Position numbers and translations under genes: made by a program. Shown here in pieces: positions 52,559 through 62,410 of a stretch of 64,000 bases of DNA (position 1 is its first letter; the number at the start of each line of letters is the position of its first letter). The stretch spans positions 956,745-1,020,744 of the forward strand of contig CATOSI010000001.1 of assembly GCA_951812505.1 (NCBI GenBank), written 5' to 3'. The notes below the pieces were generated by a model. That model had not been told where the DNA came from and searched no databases. It saw only the letters and a program-made list of their open reading frames with translations. This DNA is from an uncultured Dehalococcoidia bacterium. GTDB taxonomy: Bacteria; Chloroflexota; Dehalococcoidia; Lucifugimonadales; UBA1123.

Positions 52559-52921
52559 AGATATGACTCCCTAGTTGATGCGGTCAGAATGTAACACACA
52601 ACCCCCGGTCATTCCAGAAAATCGTCCTTGGCAAGGCCATGCTAACGACGTAACAATGTAGGCATGTCTCGCACACATCGAATCTCCCGCCGAACACACT
52701 CCCGCGTGACGGATTCGCGTACTCCGCGCTCGCCCGGTTATCGCTCATTCCAGACATACGGGGATGGGAGTACGTTGTTGGATTCGCCAATGGAACGCGG
52801 GGCGCGGGCAAAGCGCGATTATTCTAAGGCTCGGAGACGTGGGGCTAGGATGGTGGTCGAGCGGGAACTGTAGTGAGAGTTAGATTCGGAGTGTATAACC
52901 AGAGATCAGGAGGAAACAACT

Positions 52922-53581
52922 ATGGGTTTTTGGGACGACTATCTGAGGAAGCCGCCGTCTGAGGTCTATTTCCCGGCGGGTCGGGAAGATGACCCGGAGG
53001 CGTACCATTGTGTTCGTTGGATAGGATATGAGGGAGGATTGGAAATAGACGAGCTATGGGATTTCGGTAAGGGGGTGCGCGGAATAGGTATATGGCCTCC
53101 AAAGATGGACTTCACCAAATATGGAGGTGAGACACTTTGCGGACTAAGAATTGAGTCCGGCAGTAAAATGTACGGACCGCGTTGGCGATCCATTGAAGGG
53201 GATGGCCGTTCGACGGAACCTCCCAGTACACATAACCTATACGAGGTGTTAGCTGACCTCAATGGAATCACATGCAAAGTGTGTAGGAAAAGGTTGATGT
53301 ACGGTATTTCTCGAATTATTGAGGATTTGACCTTCCTCCGAAGTACAGTGGTCTGGGATTCTGCGGGCGAAGAGTACATATCACGAGAACCGTTGGTACA
53401 TGGTAAGTACGTTATCTCTTCGGAGCATAGGGAAGACGGTATATACTCTGAAGTGTATCGCCACCGATGCCAAAATGCGAGAGAGGCAATCAATCCACAA
53501 CTGGTAGATGATGTGAAGGAGCCCGAGCGTATCACTTGCCCGGACTGCTTGGCGAATCTCGATTCAGAGGCAATACCGTAG
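52922..53581 (+). CDS. Hypothetical protein with two H..C..ITCxxC motifs
   Basis: AGGAGG RBS; ITCKVC and ITCPDC. Confidence 0.65.
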   Translation: MGFWDDYLRKPPSEVYFPAGREDDPEAYHCVRWIGYEGGLEIDELWDFGKGVRGIGIWPPKMDFTKYGGETLCGLRIESGSKMYGPRWRSIEGDGRSTEPPSTHNLYEVLADLNGITCKVCRKRLMYGISRIIEDLTFLRSTVVWDSAGEEYISREPLVHGKYVISSEHREDGIYSEVYRHRCQNAREAINPQLVDDVKEPERITCPDCLANLDSEAIP

Positions 53582-53944
53582 TGCTTTGGTGGTCCTTCGG
53601 GGAGATGCTCGGAAGCTACGTTTTGGTGAACTTTTGACACAAGTATGAGACTTTATTCAGCCATGTGGACATTTAACACGTAGCCTAATCCGAGGTAGAA
53701 GAAAGAGGATCATGTGGGTGGCACGATTTTCTGGTTTCGGCAGTTCAAAGGCGGCTAGCCAGAACAGTCCGATGCTGATGACTGTCTTCCATGCTGTGGG
53801 GTGCAACTTCGCTCCACCCCATATCTTCTAATTTGCATAAGAGACATGGGGCGTCCTTTCGGCGGACTTCACATAACGAACATAGGATGACCCTGACTGA
53901 GACCTGCGCTCTGACTTGACATAAGGACTATTGGGCGAACGAAT

Positions 53945-54433
53945 CTATCCTGGCGCTAACTCCGCCGCGACCGCTGCCGGCAGCGTCCACACGACCTGTC
54001 GACCATCTATCGAGACCGGCTCCACGCGCCGCAGGTCATGGAACACCCACAGCCACCTGCCCATCGAGAAGTCCCCGTAGGGGTCAGTCGTAATTGTCGC
54101 GTCATACTCCGGTCCGTCGCCGAGTTCGCCGAAGCCGCGACAATTAACGATTCCACTGGAGTCCGGCTCGCACATCACCTGCAGGCACTCGATCAGCCGG
54201 GCGGTCGCCACGACAGTGCCCATCGGCATGGAGTGAGAACCGCCGTCGCGCCGGAGAACGACGCGCTGGACCTCGATGTTCCACTCCGTTGGCCGGGGTT
54301 CTCGCTTTCCCGCATGGATGGGAATCCGCTCGCCTGTGAGATTCATGGGAGCGGGCCAGGACAGTGTCTCGACTTTCTTGAGTCCCCAGACCATTAGCCG
54401 GTCTCACAGTTGATGCAGGGTCAGGACTCTCAT
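53945..54433 (-). pseudogene. ASCH-domain protein with in-frame TGA at codon 10
   Basis: MRVLTLHQL*DRLMVWGLKKVETLSW...IHAGK...GDFS.GRW.W...GRQVVW. Confidence 0.7.
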
Positions 54434-54773
54434 CACTTCGCACTCCGGCGCTGTTATGCCCACAGAGGTTACACAGAAAGAATATCACTCAGGGGAAAAG
54501 CCCTCTCACGATTCGCGGCATGACGAAGTGGAAGGATTTCAGCACGACACCTGAATAACGCGCGTCGCCCGGCGGTCCGTACAGCCAGGGCTGATTCGAC
54601 TATTCCATACTGATCGCACCCCGAACAGGCGTGAACCCACTTGAGTGTTACAGATGTGACTCACGATTTTCTCCGAATGAGACACTATTGATGTTCGGTC
54701 TGTAAGAGCCCTGATGCCAGACTGTCGACAGATGTCCACAACGGGACAGTACCACAGCGATAGGAGTGCAGAA

Positions 54774-56024
54774 ATGAACAGGAACTTTCTGATGGCAGCT
54801 ATTTCAGCAACCGCATTCATGGGGCTTTCAGTCCTGGTCGGCTGTTCGAGCAGCGCCGGCGACTGGGAGATTGAAACGGCGTCACTCAAAGCGCCTGCAC
54901 CGGCGTCTGCGCCGGCGCCCGAAGCGCCCGCACTGGCGGCCCCGGCAGGGGCAGCGCCGGCGGACGCAGTGATATCCGAATCCGTTTCGGCAGAATCATA
55001 TGAAGAGTGGCAGGCGACGTCTCTGTCCGCCGGCGAGATCGACGACAATCAGAGATGGGACGAGTACCTTGAGTACCGCAGCGAGTACGAGGGTCCGAAG
55101 GTCCACGACCTCGACGTGTCGGAGAGATACGTCGTCACGGTGCGTGGGGCAGACGGGCGCCCCATCCCGAACTCAGAGGTATCGGTCCTGACAGGAGACA
55201 GTGAACTGTTCAGCGGACAGACATATGCCAACGGACAGACGGTGTTCTTCCCAAGGATGTACGAGGACGGAGCCAACGCTCAGAACTTCGAGGTCCGTGT
55301 GGAGAAGGGCAACCTCAGCGAGTCTCTGGAGTTCGCCAGGGGCGAAACTGACGAGTGGGTGGTGGACCTGGACCTGGATGAGCGGTTCGTCGAGTCAGTT
55401 CCGCTGGACCTGCTGTTCCTGCTGGACGCCACCGGGAGCATGTCCGACGAGATAGATCAGATCAAGTCCACCATGCTGTCCATCTCGGAGCGCATCAACG
55501 CGCTTCCGTCGGAGCCGGACCTTCGATTCGGGATGGTCACCTACAGGGACAGGGGAGACGACTTCGTAACGCGGACATACCCCTTCGATACGGACGTCCA
55601 GAAGTTCGTGCATTCAATCAGGGGAGTCGAGGCGGACGGCGGGAACGACAACCCGGAGTCCCTCAACGAGGCGCTCCACGTTGCGATGAACGACCTCGAT
55701 TGGAGAGAAGGGGACGCCATACGCCTGGTGTTCCTCATAGCGGACGCTCCTCCCCACCTGGACTACGAGGATGACTACGACTACGCCGTGGAGATGCGGG
55801 ACGCCGCGGGCAGAGGCATCAAGATATTTCCAATCGCCTCGAGTGGACTGGACGTTCAGGGAGAGTACATATTCCGGCAACTCGCACTGCACACGATGGG
55901 AAGGTTCATATTCATCCTGTACGGCGGAAGCACACCGCACGATGTCGGGCAGTACTCGGTGGAGAATCTGGACGACCTCATAGTGGAACTTGTGGAGGAG
56001 GAACTGGCGCATCTGGCCGGGTGA
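54774..56024 (+). CDS. VWA-domain lipoprotein
   Basis: Lipobox LVGC; DLLFLLDATGSM MIDAS; YRDRGD; ADGGNDNPE; IADAPPH. Confidence 0.9.
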   Translation: MNRNFLMAAISATAFMGLSVLVGCSSSAGDWEIETASLKAPAPASAPAPEAPALAAPAGAAPADAVISESVSAESYEEWQATSLSAGEIDDNQRWDEYLEYRSEYEGPKVHDLDVSERYVVTVRGADGRPIPNSEVSVLTGDSELFSGQTYANGQTVFFPRMYEDGANAQNFEVRVEKGNLSESLEFARGETDEWVVDLDLDERFVESVPLDLLFLLDATGSMSDEIDQIKSTMLSISERINALPSEPDLRFGMVTYRDRGDDFVTRTYPFDTDVQKFVHSIRGVEADGGNDNPESLNEALHVAMNDLDWREGDAIRLVFLIADAPPHLDYEDDYDYAVEMRDAAGRGIKIFPIASSGLDVQGEYIFRQLALHTMGRFIFILYGGSTPHDVGQYSVENLDDLIVELVEEELAHLAG

Positions 56025-56039
56025 CCGGCCCGAAGAGGT

Positions 56040-56226
56040 TCCCCCGCCCTTGACAGCCATGGAACTCGCCGATATATCCACTGCTGAAGTATGGCCTCTT
56101 GAAAGAGAGGATATTGAGCTGGCCCGGCAGCTGTACGTGCAATATCCTGAGCTGCGTGCGCGGGACAAGCCCCATCAAGACCTTCGACCAGGCTTTCCTC
56201 TCTGTTGCCGGCGAGTCCAGGACCTA
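56040..56226 (+). pseudogene. VapC/PIN toxin fragment
   Basis: VWPLEREDIELARQL...YPELRARD then shifted IKTFDQ; N-terminus missing. Confidence 0.5.
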
Positions 56227-56437
56227 GAATTTGGAAGACAGGCGGTCGACTGGACAGTTGCTGGCAGGACCGTCTGAGGACGACGTGCATCAAAACACCG
56301 AGCGGGACATTTGTGGGCATTATGTCCCATCGGGTTCTGCGAATCTCTCGCGGATGATTGTAGTGCAGCTCCTGGCAGTACGTTATCTCACTGCGTAACG
56401 AGTACAGCGAGATAAGAAGCAGAACTTCAGCAGCCTG

Positions 56438-57502
56438 TTAGTCTTCCGACCAGAGTGAGTCATACGCCTCGCGGTACGCGTCAGCGAGAGCCTCGAGGAA
56501 ATTGTCTGATATTTCACCCCAGTATGTCTTCCCAGGGTTTATTTCGTCGCCAGTAACCTCTTCCAGCCGCTGTTTGGCTGCTGGAGCATACAGGTCGAAC
56601 TGTCTTCCATTGAACTGAGGATAACCGTAACCGCCGTTGTTTACGATATTAACAAGTCCTATGTCCATCTCGGGAAACCTGATCCTCAGAAAGGCTCTGT
56701 TTTTGCCGAGACTGGTTGAAAGAGAAGCGATTCCCTCTTTCTCCAGCGACAGGGCGAACTGATACAGACGCTGCAATTTCTCTACATACTCCTCACGCGC
56801 GCCGCTGACCGACTCGACAAAGTCGTCTCCGCCACCCGAAATCTGCACCTGGCCCCGGGACTCGGCCTCCCTCTGCCTGTCTCTCAGTTGCACCATGTAG
56901 TCTGCGGCCTCCGGCATGGGAAGCACCTGGGTTCTTTCCACGAACACGGATCCATTCACTTTGTAGGGCTGAAGCTTGACACAGGTGATGTTTATGCCGA
57001 CATCGCTCAGCCAGAGGACGCTGGTGGTCAGTTCCGTGGAGAAATTGGCCAACGCCAGGATGATACGCGGGTTGCGAGTCGATATGCTGATCTGGTCTTC
57101 GTATGCTCCGAGATGGTCCCGGATGCGGGATTCGGCTTCTCCCTCGATACCACGTATATCCATATAGCCCTGGTGGGCGTCAATAGACTGCTCCAGGGTC
57201 ATGTTCGCTACCATGGCCGCGTAGCGGACAGCCTGCAGGTCCATCAGGCTGTCCTGGTCCTCCCGCTTCAGTTCGACCACCACCAGCCGTCCATCAGCAT
57301 CAAGGCCTAGCAAGTCGATACGCCGGCTGGACTCCACCCAGTCGCCATACTCTTCCGCGAGGATGAATAAACCCTCTTCCAGAAGATGGGGCTGGTCTCG
57401 GAGCATTCGTTGCAGATCGTAGCGCTCGTAGATGCCCTCTGCCCCGAAGGAGGTCTCCTCAAGTTCCTCAAACTCTTCGTCCGTCATCTTGTATATCGCC
57501 AT
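56438..57502 (-). CDS. NucS/EndoMS-like PD-(D/E)XK nuclease domain protein
   Basis: ERYDLQ, RRIDLLGLD..GRLVVVELKR, QAVRYAA. Confidence 0.8.
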   Translation of the reverse strand: MAIYKMTDEEFEELEETSFGAEGIYERYDLQRMLRDQPHLLEEGLFILAEEYGDWVESSRRIDLLGLDADGRLVVVELKREDQDSLMDLQAVRYAAMVANMTLEQSIDAHQGYMDIRGIEGEAESRIRDHLGAYEDQISISTRNPRIILALANFSTELTTSVLWLSDVGINITCVKLQPYKVNGSVFVERTQVLPMPEAADYMVQLRDRQREAESRGQVQISGGGDDFVESVSGAREEYVEKLQRLYQFALSLEKEGIASLSTSLGKNRAFLRIRFPEMDIGLVNIVNNGGYGYPQFNGRQFDLYAPAAKQRLEEVTGDEINPGKTYWGEISDNFLEALADAYREAYDSLWSED

Positions 57503-57801
57503 GTCGTTGCCTCGGTGTGTATGGATCAGTGTGTGCGATGCAGAAGTTTACCACCTCAATGGTTGTTAAGTGAGTGATCCTGTCACGCTCTCAAGCGGTA
57601 TTACCGCGGAACGGAGTGCATGGCGCTAGCTATAGACCAGCCGCCCACAGAGAGACTAATAGCATCCTAGGATATTTCCTATCGGATCTGTATTGCTCAA
57701 AAAGTGTGTCGCAAGGTCCCTTCTGTTGACAATGAGTTTCGGGTGGAGCAAAGTGAAACAATTCCTAACTCTGGACAATCCGTCATCCAACAGGAGATAA
57801 C

Positions 57802-58767
57802 ATGACTAACGTCTGGGTGGTTCGAGCAGAATTTGGCAAGTACACAGAACATTTTGTAAATGGTGGCTATGTTGGCATTGGCTGGATTCCGGATCAGGAA
57901 CTGGGGCAGATGAAAAGCCGCGAGGATCTTGACCAAGCCTACCGAGAAACTTATCCAGACGATACGAGCGAATACAAAATTGGAACCCAGGTCGGGCAGA
58001 TTTCACGTTTTCTCTTCGACATCAGAGCCGGCGACTATGTGATTACGCCGCCCAACAACACTGCATGGCTTCATTTCGGTAAGATCGAAAGCGACCCGTC
58101 GTACTTTTACCCTGGCGAAAGCGACGGGTGTCCGTATCGACACCGGCGAAGGGTAGCATGGGAGAAGACACGCCTGAGACGTGCCGACTTTTCGGTTCCA
58201 TTCCAGCAGACGATCAAAGCGTCGTTAACAGTGTTTAGAGTTTCACAACGTGAAGAGTTCCTGGCGAAGATAGGAGTGATAACTCCCCCTCGTCCACCGA
58301 TGTACGATCCATACCAGACCGTCCTTGAACGAATCCTTGAACTCGATCCTTCCGAGTTTGAGATACTCATCGAGCACTTGCTAACCGCTCTTGGTTTCGA
58401 GGGTACTGAGGTGACTGGAAAGCCGGGGGATGGTGGAGTGGATGTGATTGGTGAACTGAATGTGTCTAACCTCGCCAGTGTGAGTATTTATGTTCAGGCT
58501 AAGAGACATAAATTGGGGTCAAAAGTCAGCCGGAACGATGTCATGAAGCTTCGCCAGATGATCCCATTTGGAGGTCAAGGAGCAGTCATCACAACAGCTG
58601 ACTACCATCACGCGGCGCCCGATATAGCATTCGAGCAAGGTTTCCCTCGCATCGGTCTTATCAACGGCCAACAATTGGTTGACCTGCTGACTGAGCACTG
58701 GACTTCTATTCCCTTGGATTTCCAAGAAAGGTTGGGCCTGAAGCCAGGGTTAGTGTGGCAGAGGTGA
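57802..58767 (+). CDS. Mrr-family restriction endonuclease
   Basis: VWVVRA N-domain; P.EFE.L...LL.ALGF, DGGVD, VQAKR, ITTADY, LINGQQLVDL. Confidence 0.88.
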   Translation: MTNVWVVRAEFGKYTEHFVNGGYVGIGWIPDQELGQMKSREDLDQAYRETYPDDTSEYKIGTQVGQISRFLFDIRAGDYVITPPNNTAWLHFGKIESDPSYFYPGESDGCPYRHRRRVAWEKTRLRRADFSVPFQQTIKASLTVFRVSQREEFLAKIGVITPPRPPMYDPYQTVLERILELDPSEFEILIEHLLTALGFEGTEVTGKPGDGGVDVIGELNVSNLASVSIYVQAKRHKLGSKVSRNDVMKLRQMIPFGGQGAVITTADYHHAAPDIAFEQGFPRIGLINGQQLVDLLTEHWTSIPLDFQERLGLKPGLVWQR

Positions 58768-58949
58768 TTTCCCGTCATCTGAATTCGGGCTCATTAACTC
58801 AATCTTAGCTCGGTCCAGGAGTGCGGCCAGTACGAGTTCCGGGAACTATAGGTACCCTGTCAGCCCCTAAATTGGCGACTGGGGGCATTCTGTCCTATCG
58901 ACTGTTATCAAACCATGGCGCATATATCCCAGGAAGAGTCTCAAACGAT

Positions 58950-59246
58950 TCACTGACGGCCCAAGAGCCCCTGGAATGCATCGCGGGCTTCGTCAAGAAG
59001 TCGATCCGGGTCTTGTTGATATTCAGTCCAGATACTCTTTGTCAGCTTGGCCGCTTTGCTCAGTCCCACTCCTGGCATTGATGTGTCAAGAGAATCGAAG
59101 TTACACTTCCGCATCCAAATGGATGCCTCTGAGCGGTTCATCACCCGGGCAAGCTCCGTAATCGCAGCGTCCCTTATCCGAACACCCCCAGATCGGAGGT
59201 GGAATACGGCAAGGTCCTGTTCGCGAGTCCAACTGTTTCGTGCCAT
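58950..59246 (-). CDS. Small protein resembling the N-terminal domain of HNH restriction nucleases
   Basis: WTREQ..A...ELA..MNRS.ASI.MR..NF.SLD...GL...KL...IW.EY; no HNH follows. Confidence 0.65.
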   Translation of the reverse strand: MARNSWTREQDLAVFHLRSGGVRIRDAAITELARVMNRSEASIWMRKCNFDSLDTSMPGVGLSKAAKLTKSIWTEYQQDPDRLLDEARDAFQGLLGRQ

Positions 59247-59364
59247 TTGACTATCCTGATGACTCACTGTGGCTCTTTTTCAATTGCAGTGTGCGCTCAA
59301 CCTTTCCCGTATGGGTCAGTTCATTCTGAGCATCTAATGCTTTCATCTACACTGTCATATCGCC

Positions 59365-59574
59365 CTATTGCTCCGTTGCCTCTGAAATGCGCCATCCGTC
59401 GATCACCTCGGATAGTGTGACCTGGATGTTGTCATCGCCGCGGAGTTCACTCAGGCGGGCCAGTGCCTCGACTACTGTCTGGGCGCTGGCAGTAGCTTGC
59501 GTCCTGGTGGCGTGGAATTCCAGGTGTGCTTCAGTCCAGTCCGGCATTTCGATGACAATCATGTAGTCCGGCAT
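59365..59574 (-). CDS. Hypothetical protein
   Basis: 69 aa with GGAG RBS, in a minus-strand run. Confidence 0.55.
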   Translation of the reverse strand: MPDYMIVIEMPDWTEAHLEFHATRTQATASAQTVVEALARLSELRGDDNIQVTLSEVIDGWRISEATEQ

Positions 59575-59598
59575 TATTCTGAGCTCCCGCTGCTGTCG

Positions 59599-60012
59599 CT
59601 AATCCCAGAAACGATACTGGCCGTCCGAGGTCTTGTTGTGCTTGGGAAGCCGCCCCGCCCTGCGCTGGTATCCCTGTATCTTCCTGGACTCCAGTTTCTC
59701 GGCGGACCTTCGGGACATTCGCCCAGACTCCACGACCATCTCGCCACCCCTGGTCAGCTTCCCAGATCTGGTGTGCTGTGAGGCCCTTCGCCCGGGATTG
59801 TTCGTCGTTCCCACGTAGGTCCGCTTCCCCCTGGAGTTGTAGATGGAATAGACCACCGCCTTTTTCTGGGATGATTTACTGGTCCTGGACTTCGAGGATC
59901 TGCCTGAACCGGACGACGAGCCACGGCGGGAGCTCCTGCCCGAGCTGTGTGCCTTGCCGCCATACGACCGTCCCCCGCGGAAGCCGCCGCCACGAAACCC
60001 TCTTCCTGCCAT
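59599..60012 (-). CDS. GIY-YIG nuclease with N-terminal RGG/Ser-Arg-rich tail
   Basis: GRGFRGGGFRGGRSYGG...; VVYSIY...YVGTTNNP.RR..QH...E...HN; GAGGAG RBS. Confidence 0.8.
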   Translation of the reverse strand: MAGRGFRGGGFRGGRSYGGKAHSSGRSSRRGSSSGSGRSSKSRTSKSSQKKAVVYSIYNSRGKRTYVGTTNNPGRRASQHTRSGKLTRGGEMVVESGRMSRRSAEKLESRKIQGYQRRAGRLPKHNKTSDGQYRFWD

Positions 60013-60271
60013 TTTCTTCTCCTCAGATAAGGAATATTGTTGACTGGAGAATCACGGGATGGACAGCCCAGTCTGTTTTCCTGTGTGTAATATAATCCCG
60101 GACTAATGAAGTGACAACCGGCGTCCCTATAATGGCGCTCCAAGAGAGATGAAATGCAGGCGGAATCACAATATACCTGACAAAACTACGCGGACTCGGT
60201 ACTAAGCGAGAGGACGTTGTACTTTCGAGAAACGGATCGCCCTATCACTCGGCGGGCAGGAACCGTATTGA

Positions 60272-60565
60272 GACGATTCTCTACTGCGAACATTAACTTA
60301 GGCCGCCTGCTTAGGGCGGAGTCTTGGGCCCCAAATCTCAAAAACCCTTTGGCCCTGCGACTCGGGAGAATCGTCGGTGCCGGATACGCCGTGTAGCTTC
60401 AGACCGCAGTGGAGGTAGGGACTGTGTCTCTGTTCGCCAGTCGCGAACTGTCGGCGTGCACGGTCCGAGAGTTCCGTGCACGCCCCGGCACCCGTCATAT
60501 GGGGGAGATGCGGGTGTTACCCGGCTTCCTTCGCCGCCATATCGGTTGATGACGGGGTGTGCCAT
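60272..60565. other. Highly base-paired non-coding region (candidate ncRNA or ssDNA structure)
   Basis: Perfect stems 60272-81/60366-75, 60376-83/60485-92, 60453-63/60474-84 plus further hairpins. Confidence 0.5.
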
Positions 60566-60605
60566 TCTCCCGGGCCTCGAAGAGCGGCTGTCCGCCCCTA
60601 GACCT

Positions 60606-60810
60606 TCACGCTTTATTGTCCATTGACGCCGCGGTTTCCCCACAGGAAGGACAGAATCCTGGGTGGTGATATACGGTCGCCCCGCAGAACTCACACCTCG
60701 ATGTCGAACTCGCCAGTGTAGCAGACGACTTTCGCAAGTTCTTCGGACATCTCTTCGGTCGTCTTGACTGCGTCTGTCGATTCGGTGATCTCTCGCGTCT
60801 CAACACCCAC
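60606..60810 (-). pseudogene. Small Zn-ribbon ORF, apparently frameshifted
   Basis: ..EEMSEELAKVVCYTGEFDIE shifts into CEFCGATVYHHPGFCPSCGE. Confidence 0.35.
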
Positions 60811-60903
60811 TTCGGATAGTCTTGCACATCACAGAACCGTTGTACTATATAAATCATACAAGAGCAAATATCCGGCTGGAAACCTGGCCGGTCGGACCCT
60901 CTC

Positions 60904-62410
60904 CTTATGGCGGGACAGTCTGTCCGACTGCGAATTTCCAGGAAATGAACATTTCCCCCCGGGACAGGGTGTCTGGACAGGACTGCGTAGCTGAATGGGT
61001 GTGTTTTTCCTGCTGCGCCCCAACCTGCGCGTGAATAGCATGGAGAGGGACTTAGCAGGAATAGTGGGGGAGGACAGGATGTCTGGAATGGGCGTTGGAA
61101 ATTTGGAGGGGAACGTAGGGGACAGGTTGTCTAGGGCAGAGAGTGAACATGAGGCCGCCTCCGAGTCGCATGTCGTCATGGACGCCGTGTGAATCGCACT
61201 TGTCTTAGGAAGGTGGGCGATACGGTCGCCTAGATGGTCGCCGTACCCGCGGGCGCTGTGAGCGTTCTGGCGACCATGCGCGGACTGGACGTCGGACCAT
61301 CCGTTGCGACCATCAAGCGCACCGCACTGAATTTCGACAAGGCGCCAGTGCCCCCGTGTCGTCGAATGCGGTTCCCCCGTCCGTTGCGTGCCTTATGCTG
61401 CGTTTCCACTCTTATGGCGGGACAGTCTGTCCGACTGCGAATTTCCAGGAAATGAACATTTCCCCCCGGGACAGGGTGTCTGGACAGGACTGCGTAGCTG
61501 AATGGGTGTGATTTTCCTTCTGCGCCCCAACCTGCGCGTGAACAGCATGGAGAGGGACTTAGCAGGAATGGTGGGGGAGGACAGGATGTCTGGAATGGGC
61601 GTTGGAAATTTGGAGGGGAACGTAGGGGACAGGTTGTCTAGGGCAGAGAGTGAACATAAGGCCGCCTCCGAGTCGCATGTCATCATGGACGCCGGGTGAA
61701 TCGCACTTGTCTTAGGAAGGTGGGCGATACGGTCGCCTAGATGGTCACCGTACCCGCGGGCGCTGTGAGCGTACTGGCGACCATGCGCGGACTGGACGTC
61801 GGACCATCCGTTGCGACCACCAAGCGCACCGCACTGAATTTCGACACGGCACCAGTGCTCCCGTGTCGTCGGATGCGGTCCCCCCGTCCGTTGCGTGCCT
61901 TATGCCGCGTTTCCACTCTTATGGCGGGACAGTCTGTCCGACTGCGAATTTCCAGGAAATGAACATTTCCCCCCGGGACAGCGTGTCTGGACAGGATTGC
62001 GTAGCTGAATGGGTGTGTTTTTCCTTCTGCGCCCCAACCTGCGCGTGGCCAGCGTTAAGAGGAACTTAGCAGGAAAGGTGGGGGAGGACAGACTCGCTGC
62101 AACGGGTGATGGGCGGTCCTGTGGGAACGCAAGGGCTGGACTGTTCAGGACAGAGGGCAACGCGAGCTCGCTCTCATATCGTATGTTGTCATAGAGGCCG
62201 CGTGAATCGTAACTGTCTTGGGAATGAGGCGGTACGGTCGCCTAGATGGTCGCCGTACCCACGGGTGCTGTGAGCGTTCTGGCGGCAGTGCGCAGAAGGG
62301 ACGCGGGCCCATCCATTGCGGCTATCGAATGCGCCACGCCGAACGTCGATTCCGCGGCGTCGGATGCGGTCTCGTCCGGCTCACACGCCTTATGTCGAGA
62401 TTCCGCCTTC
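60904..62410. repeat. Three tandem 507-bp repeats
   Basis: cttatggcgggacagtctgtccgac starts at 60904, 61411, 61918; copy 3 diverges after ~62046 but stays alignable. Confidence 0.95.

Noticed and set aside
54404-54406. Recoded TGA (Sec/Trp) in the ASCH gene
   Set aside because: TGA is used as a normal stop throughout the window; a TGG-to-TGA nonsense change in a decaying region is simpler
60240-60600. Group II intron, retron msr-msd, tmRNA or RNase P
   Set aside because: No domain V consensus, no reverse transcriptase nearby, no tRNA-like ends, no GAGGAAAGUCC motif
60668-60682. Fourth upstream copy of the 507-bp unit (atacggtcgcc match)
   Set aside because: Off-period, no extended similarity, and falls within the Zn-ribbon codons
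60904-62410. CRISPR array
   Set aside because: No short repeat-unique spacer pattern and no cas genes in the window
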